Assembly (NCBI GenBank): GCA_964590405.1
Contig: CAZPXZ010000004.1
Span: 23,544 to 87,543, forward strand
Direction of reading: 5' to 3'
DNA: 64,000 nt
From: an uncultured Rhodobacterales bacterium
GTDB taxonomy: Bacteria; Pseudomonadota; Alphaproteobacteria; Rhodobacterales; CAZPXZ01
Shown: positions 60,991 through 64,000 of the stretch, in pieces
How the letters are laid out: each line of letters begins with the position of its first letter
How positions within the stretch are numbered: the stretch's first letter is position 1
Made by a program: the position numbers and the translations under genes
Notes under the pieces: generated by a model
The model's database searches: none
What the model was told of the DNA's origin: nothing
Seen by the model: only the letters and a program-made list of their open reading frames with translations

Positions 60991-62249
60991 ACCGGAAGAA
61001 GAAGCGGGTCGCGATTGTCGGTGCGGGAATTGTCGGCGTATCTACAGCGGTCTGGCTCCAGCGGGATGGGCACGAGGTTGTGCTGATCGACCGCGCCGGT
61101 CCCGCCGGGGGTGCGAGTTCCGGCAACGGTGGCATCCTGGCTTCGAGTTCCATCGTCCCGGTAACGATGCCTGGAATCGTGGCCAAGGCGCCGCGGATGC
61201 TCTTCGATCCGAACCAGCCCCTCTACCTGAAATGGGCCTATCTGCCTCGAATGCTTCCCTGGTTGCTGCGATACCTCGGGCATGCCAACGAGACTGATGC
61301 TCGTCGAATCGCGGCAGCACTCGCTCCCCTCATCGGTGACAGTCTGGCGGATCACGAGGCACTGGCTGCGGGTACCGGGGCGGAAGGGTTCGTGGTGCCC
61401 TGCGACTACGTGTATCTCTACAATGACCGCGGGGCATACGAGGATGACGTACTGGGCTGGTCAATCCGGAAGGCGCATGGCGTTGAGTGGGAGGAATTGG
61501 ATGGCGCAGGCCTTCGCGCGCTTGATCCGATCTTCTCGCCAGAAATTGGCTTTGCCGCCAGAATGCCCAATCATGGCCGCATTACGGACCCGGAACGTTA
61601 CGTAAAGAGGTTGGCGGCGCATGTCGAGACCGCCGGCGGTCGTGTTCTCCGGGCGGAGGTCTCCGACATCGTGCGTGACAATGGCAGAGTTTCAGGGGTA
61701 CGGCTGGGCGGCGAGACTCTTCCTTGCGAAGCCGTGGTCGTCGCGGCCGGCGCGTGGTCCGGTGGATTGGCGGCACGGCTCGGTGTCAAGGTGCCCCTTG
61801 AATCGGAACGGGGGTACCACGTAGAACTCTGGGAACCATCCGTCATGCCGCACGCAGCTGTAATGTTGGCTTCGGGCAAGTTTGTGGCTACGCCGATGGA
61901 CGGGCGACTCAGGGTCGCTGGACTGGTCGAGTTCGGCGGACTTGACGCGGGTCCTTCCCGTGCACCGTTTGCGTTTCTGTTGCGTTCGATTAGGGTTGCC
62001 ATTCCAGGCTTGTCCTGGAAGGAAACAACGAGGTGGATGGGCCACCGTCCGGCCACCGCCGATTCCATTCCGGTAATCGGTGCAGTGCCAGGGCTGCGTG
62101 GCGCTTATGCGGGTTTTGGGCATCACCATATCGGCCTGACGGGCGGTCCCAGAACCGGCTGGCTCTTGTCGCAAGTCGTTGCCGGACGAAAGGTCAATAT
62201 CGACCTTTCGCCGTACTCTCCGGCGCGCTACGTTCGAGCCTCAACCTGA
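60987..62249 (+). CDS. FAD-dependent oxidoreductase (D-amino-acid dehydrogenase-like, DAO family)
   Basis: 420 aa. [17 protein letters not shown] dinucleotide fold. ATGA overlap with the upstream enolase-family gene. Confidence 0.85.
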   Translation: MNRKKKRVAIVGAGIVGVSTAVWLQRDGHEVVLIDRAGPAGGASSGNGGILASSSIVPVTMPGIVAKAPRMLFDPNQPLYLKWAYLPRMLPWLLRYLGHANETDARRIAAALAPLIGDSLADHEALAAGTGAEGFVVPCDYVYLYNDRGAYEDDVLGWSIRKAHGVEWEELDGAGLRALDPIFSPEIGFAARMPNHGRITDPERYVKRLAAHVETAGGRVLRAEVSDIVRDNGRVSGVRLGGETLPCEAVVVAAGAWSGGLAARLGVKVPLESERGYHVELWEPSVMPHAAVMLASGKFVATPMDGRLRVAGLVEFGGLDAGPSRAPFAFLLRSIRVAIPGLSWKETTRWMGHRPATADSIPVIGAVPGLRGAYAGFGHHHIGLTGGPRTGWLLSQVVAGRKVNIDLSPYSPARYVRAST

Positions 62250-62289
62250 TCCTGAATCGCGGGTAATAGAGGGAACAAGGAGACCAACC

Positions 62290-63267
62290 ATGAAGATAGC
62301 AAGATGTCTGATGGCCACCGCGGCCTTGAGCATTGTGGCGGTATCGCCGGCATTGGCGGAAAAGTGGGATATGCCGATGGCGTATTCGGCGACGAATTTC
62401 CATTCCGCAACGGGTGCCGAGTTTGCCCGGTGCGTCACCACCGGAACCCAGGGTGAAATCGAGATTGTAACCCATCCATCCGGTTCGCTCTTTCCCGGAG
62501 CCCAGATCAAGCGGGCGATCCAGACCGGGCAGGTGCCCATCGGTGAACGCCTTCTGTCCGGCCATCAGAACGAGAACGCGATCTTTGGCGTCGATTCCGT
62601 TCCGTTCCTCGCAACCTCCTTCGATGATGCCGCCAAGCTTTGGGAGGCCGCAAAGCCAACCTTGGAGCAGGTGCTGGCAGATCAGAACCTGACGCTGCTC
62701 TATTCGGCGCCGTGGCCCCCGCAGGGCCTCTATTTCCGCGATGCGGTCAACTCCGTCGCGGACATGAAGGGCATCAAGTTCCGCAGCTACAACAATGCGA
62801 CCTCGCGTCTCGCAGAACTGACCGGCATGCTGCCCGTGGTGATCGAGGCCGCGGAGATCAGCCAGGCGTTTGCAACCGGCGTGGCGGACGCCATGGTCTC
62901 CTCCGGTTCCACTGGCTATGACCGCAAGGTATGGGAAAGCCTCAACTACTTCTATGAGGTCGATGCGTGGCTCCCCCGCAACTACGTGATGGTCAATTCC
63001 GACGTCTGGTCCGGTGTTTCCGACGGGAACAAGGCGGTGATTACCGCGTGCGCCGAATTGGCGGAGTATGCGGCCACCTGGCGTGCCAAGGAGTACACCG
63101 GTTTCACGCTTCAGGGCCTTCGGGATGGCGGAATGACTGTCCAGCGTGCCAATGATCAGATGGTTGCCGAACTCCGGGAGATCGGTGAGATCATGACCGC
63201 CGAGTGGCTGGAAGCAGCGGGCGAGGATGGTCAGGCGATCGTGGATGCCTTCAAGGGGATGCAGTGA
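62290..63267 (+). CDS. TRAP transporter substrate-binding protein (DctP family)
   Basis: About 325 aa from ATG 62290 (AAGGAG upstream). Signal peptide ending ALAEKW, then a DctP-like sequence. Confidence 0.85.
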   Translation: MKIARCLMATAALSIVAVSPALAEKWDMPMAYSATNFHSATGAEFARCVTTGTQGEIEIVTHPSGSLFPGAQIKRAIQTGQVPIGERLLSGHQNENAIFGVDSVPFLATSFDDAAKLWEAAKPTLEQVLADQNLTLLYSAPWPPQGLYFRDAVNSVADMKGIKFRSYNNATSRLAELTGMLPVVIEAAEISQAFATGVADAMVSSGSTGYDRKVWESLNYFYEVDAWLPRNYVMVNSDVWSGVSDGNKAVITACAELAEYAATWRAKEYTGFTLQGLRDGGMTVQRANDQMVAELREIGEIMTAEWLEAAGEDGQAIVDAFKGMQ

Positions 63268-63296
63268 CCTCTGACCACAACGGTTGAAAGCAGTTT

Positions 63297-63324
63297 GACG
63301 CGGGCGGTTCGGTTCGCCCGCGTC
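63297..63324 (+). other. GC-rich intercistronic stem-loop (9-bp perfect stem, 10-nt loop) between dctP and dctQ
   Basis: GACGCGGGC-ggttcggttc-GCCCGCGTC read directly from the sequence. No U-tract follows. Confidence 0.5.
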
Positions 63325-63353
63325 ATGAGTTCTACGAGGAAACGAGGGAACGC

Positions 63354-63887
63354 ATGCGCGCATTGCGTGGGCTTCGATCTGCACTCGACCTCCTTTATCT
63401 TGCGGCAGGAGTACTGGCGTCCCTTTGCCTGATCGCCATCTTGACGCTGATCGTTCTGCAGATGCTTGCGCGTTGGACCGGGGAAGTGTTTCCTGGCGCT
63501 CCAGACTACGCGGGCTATGCGATGGCGGCGGCAAGCTTCCTGGCCTTTGGCCATGCCCTCAGTCGCGGTGCACATATCCGCGTATCGATCCTGCTGAACG
63601 CTTTGGGTCCTGTTCCCCGCAGGTTTCTGGAAACCTGGTGCTTCGCGATCGGCACAGCGGTTGCGTGGTACTTTGTGTGGTACGCCCAGCGCTTCGTCTA
63701 CTGGTCCTGGAAATTCAACGACATCAGCCAGGGCCAGGACGAAACCGCTCTCTGGATCCCGCAATCCGCCATGCTGGTCGGCGCGGTGATCCTTGCCATA
63801 GCACTTACCGACAATCTGATTCATCTCCTTCTTCTGGGACGACATCGAATCAAGCGGGATTCCGTCGGTCAGGGTCCCGGGGAGTGA
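63354..63887 (+). CDS. TRAP transporter small permease (DctQ family)
   Basis: 177 aa with four hydrophobic segments, positioned between the dctP-like and dctM-like genes. Confidence 0.8.
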   Translation: MRALRGLRSALDLLYLAAGVLASLCLIAILTLIVLQMLARWTGEVFPGAPDYAGYAMAAASFLAFGHALSRGAHIRVSILLNALGPVPRRFLETWCFAIGTAVAWYFVWYAQRFVYWSWKFNDISQGQDETALWIPQSAMLVGAVILAIALTDNLIHLLLLGRHRIKRDSVGQGPGE

Positions 63888-63891
63888 GTGC

Positions 63892-64000
63892 ATGGAAGAC
63901 TTTTCGATTGTCGCGCTGTTTCTCTTCGTTCTCTTTCTTCTTCTCGGCACGGGCGTTTGGGTAGCCCTTGCCCTGATGGGCGTGGCATGGGTCGGGATGG
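63892..64000 (+). CDS. TRAP transporter large permease (DctM family), 5' partial
   Basis: Begins MEDFSIVALFLFVLFLLLGTGVWVALALMGVAWVG, typical of DctM. Runs off the window end. Confidence 0.7.
   Translation, partial: MEDFSIVALFLFVLFLLLGTGVWVALALMGVAWVGM

Overview
High-GC, densely coding, alphaproteobacterial-type chromosomal segment. I saw no rRNA, CRISPR array, IS element, integrase or prophage signature, and nothing resembling a known defence system. Left third (100-27068) is conserved housekeeping synteny: dcd, tRNA-Pro(GGG), merR-like, ihfA; pal-cpoB-tilS-ftsH-folP-glmM; serC-serA-purA; cvpA-purF-SDR on the minus strand; an orphan iron-type ABC permease; glyQ-glyS-ppdK-like. Middle (27099-45331) looks like an accessory catabolic block. 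Two paralogous dimethylglycine-dehydrogenase-like enzymes (FAD + GcvT fold) flank a polar amino acid ABC importer and an RpiR regulator. Then come a class-III aminotransferase translationally coupled to a DUF849/BKACE enzyme, a DMT-like permease and soxBDAG. Right third holds tpiA, erpA, a GH42/dgoA/dgoK plus sugar ABC locus whose binding-protein gene is broken, iclR-ugpC, sufT-like, cobQ and a VOC gene. It continues with about 1 kb without a gene (possibly a decayed LysR gene) and an enolase-superfamily + FAD oxidoreductase + TRAP transporter cluster that runs off the window. The best candidates for something undescribed are (i) the RpiR-controlled DMGDH-like / aminotransferase / BKACE module, whose gene combination matches no pathway I know, and (ii) a PPDK homologue whose phospho-His and PEP domains are canonical but whose ATP-grasp motifs look degenerate. 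Also unexplained: a 620-bp convergent intergenic region, a strong-SD 15-codon uORF overlapping the dgoK start, and GC-rich hairpins after two binding-protein genes. All functional calls rest on by-eye motif recognition and remembered family features; no searches were run.
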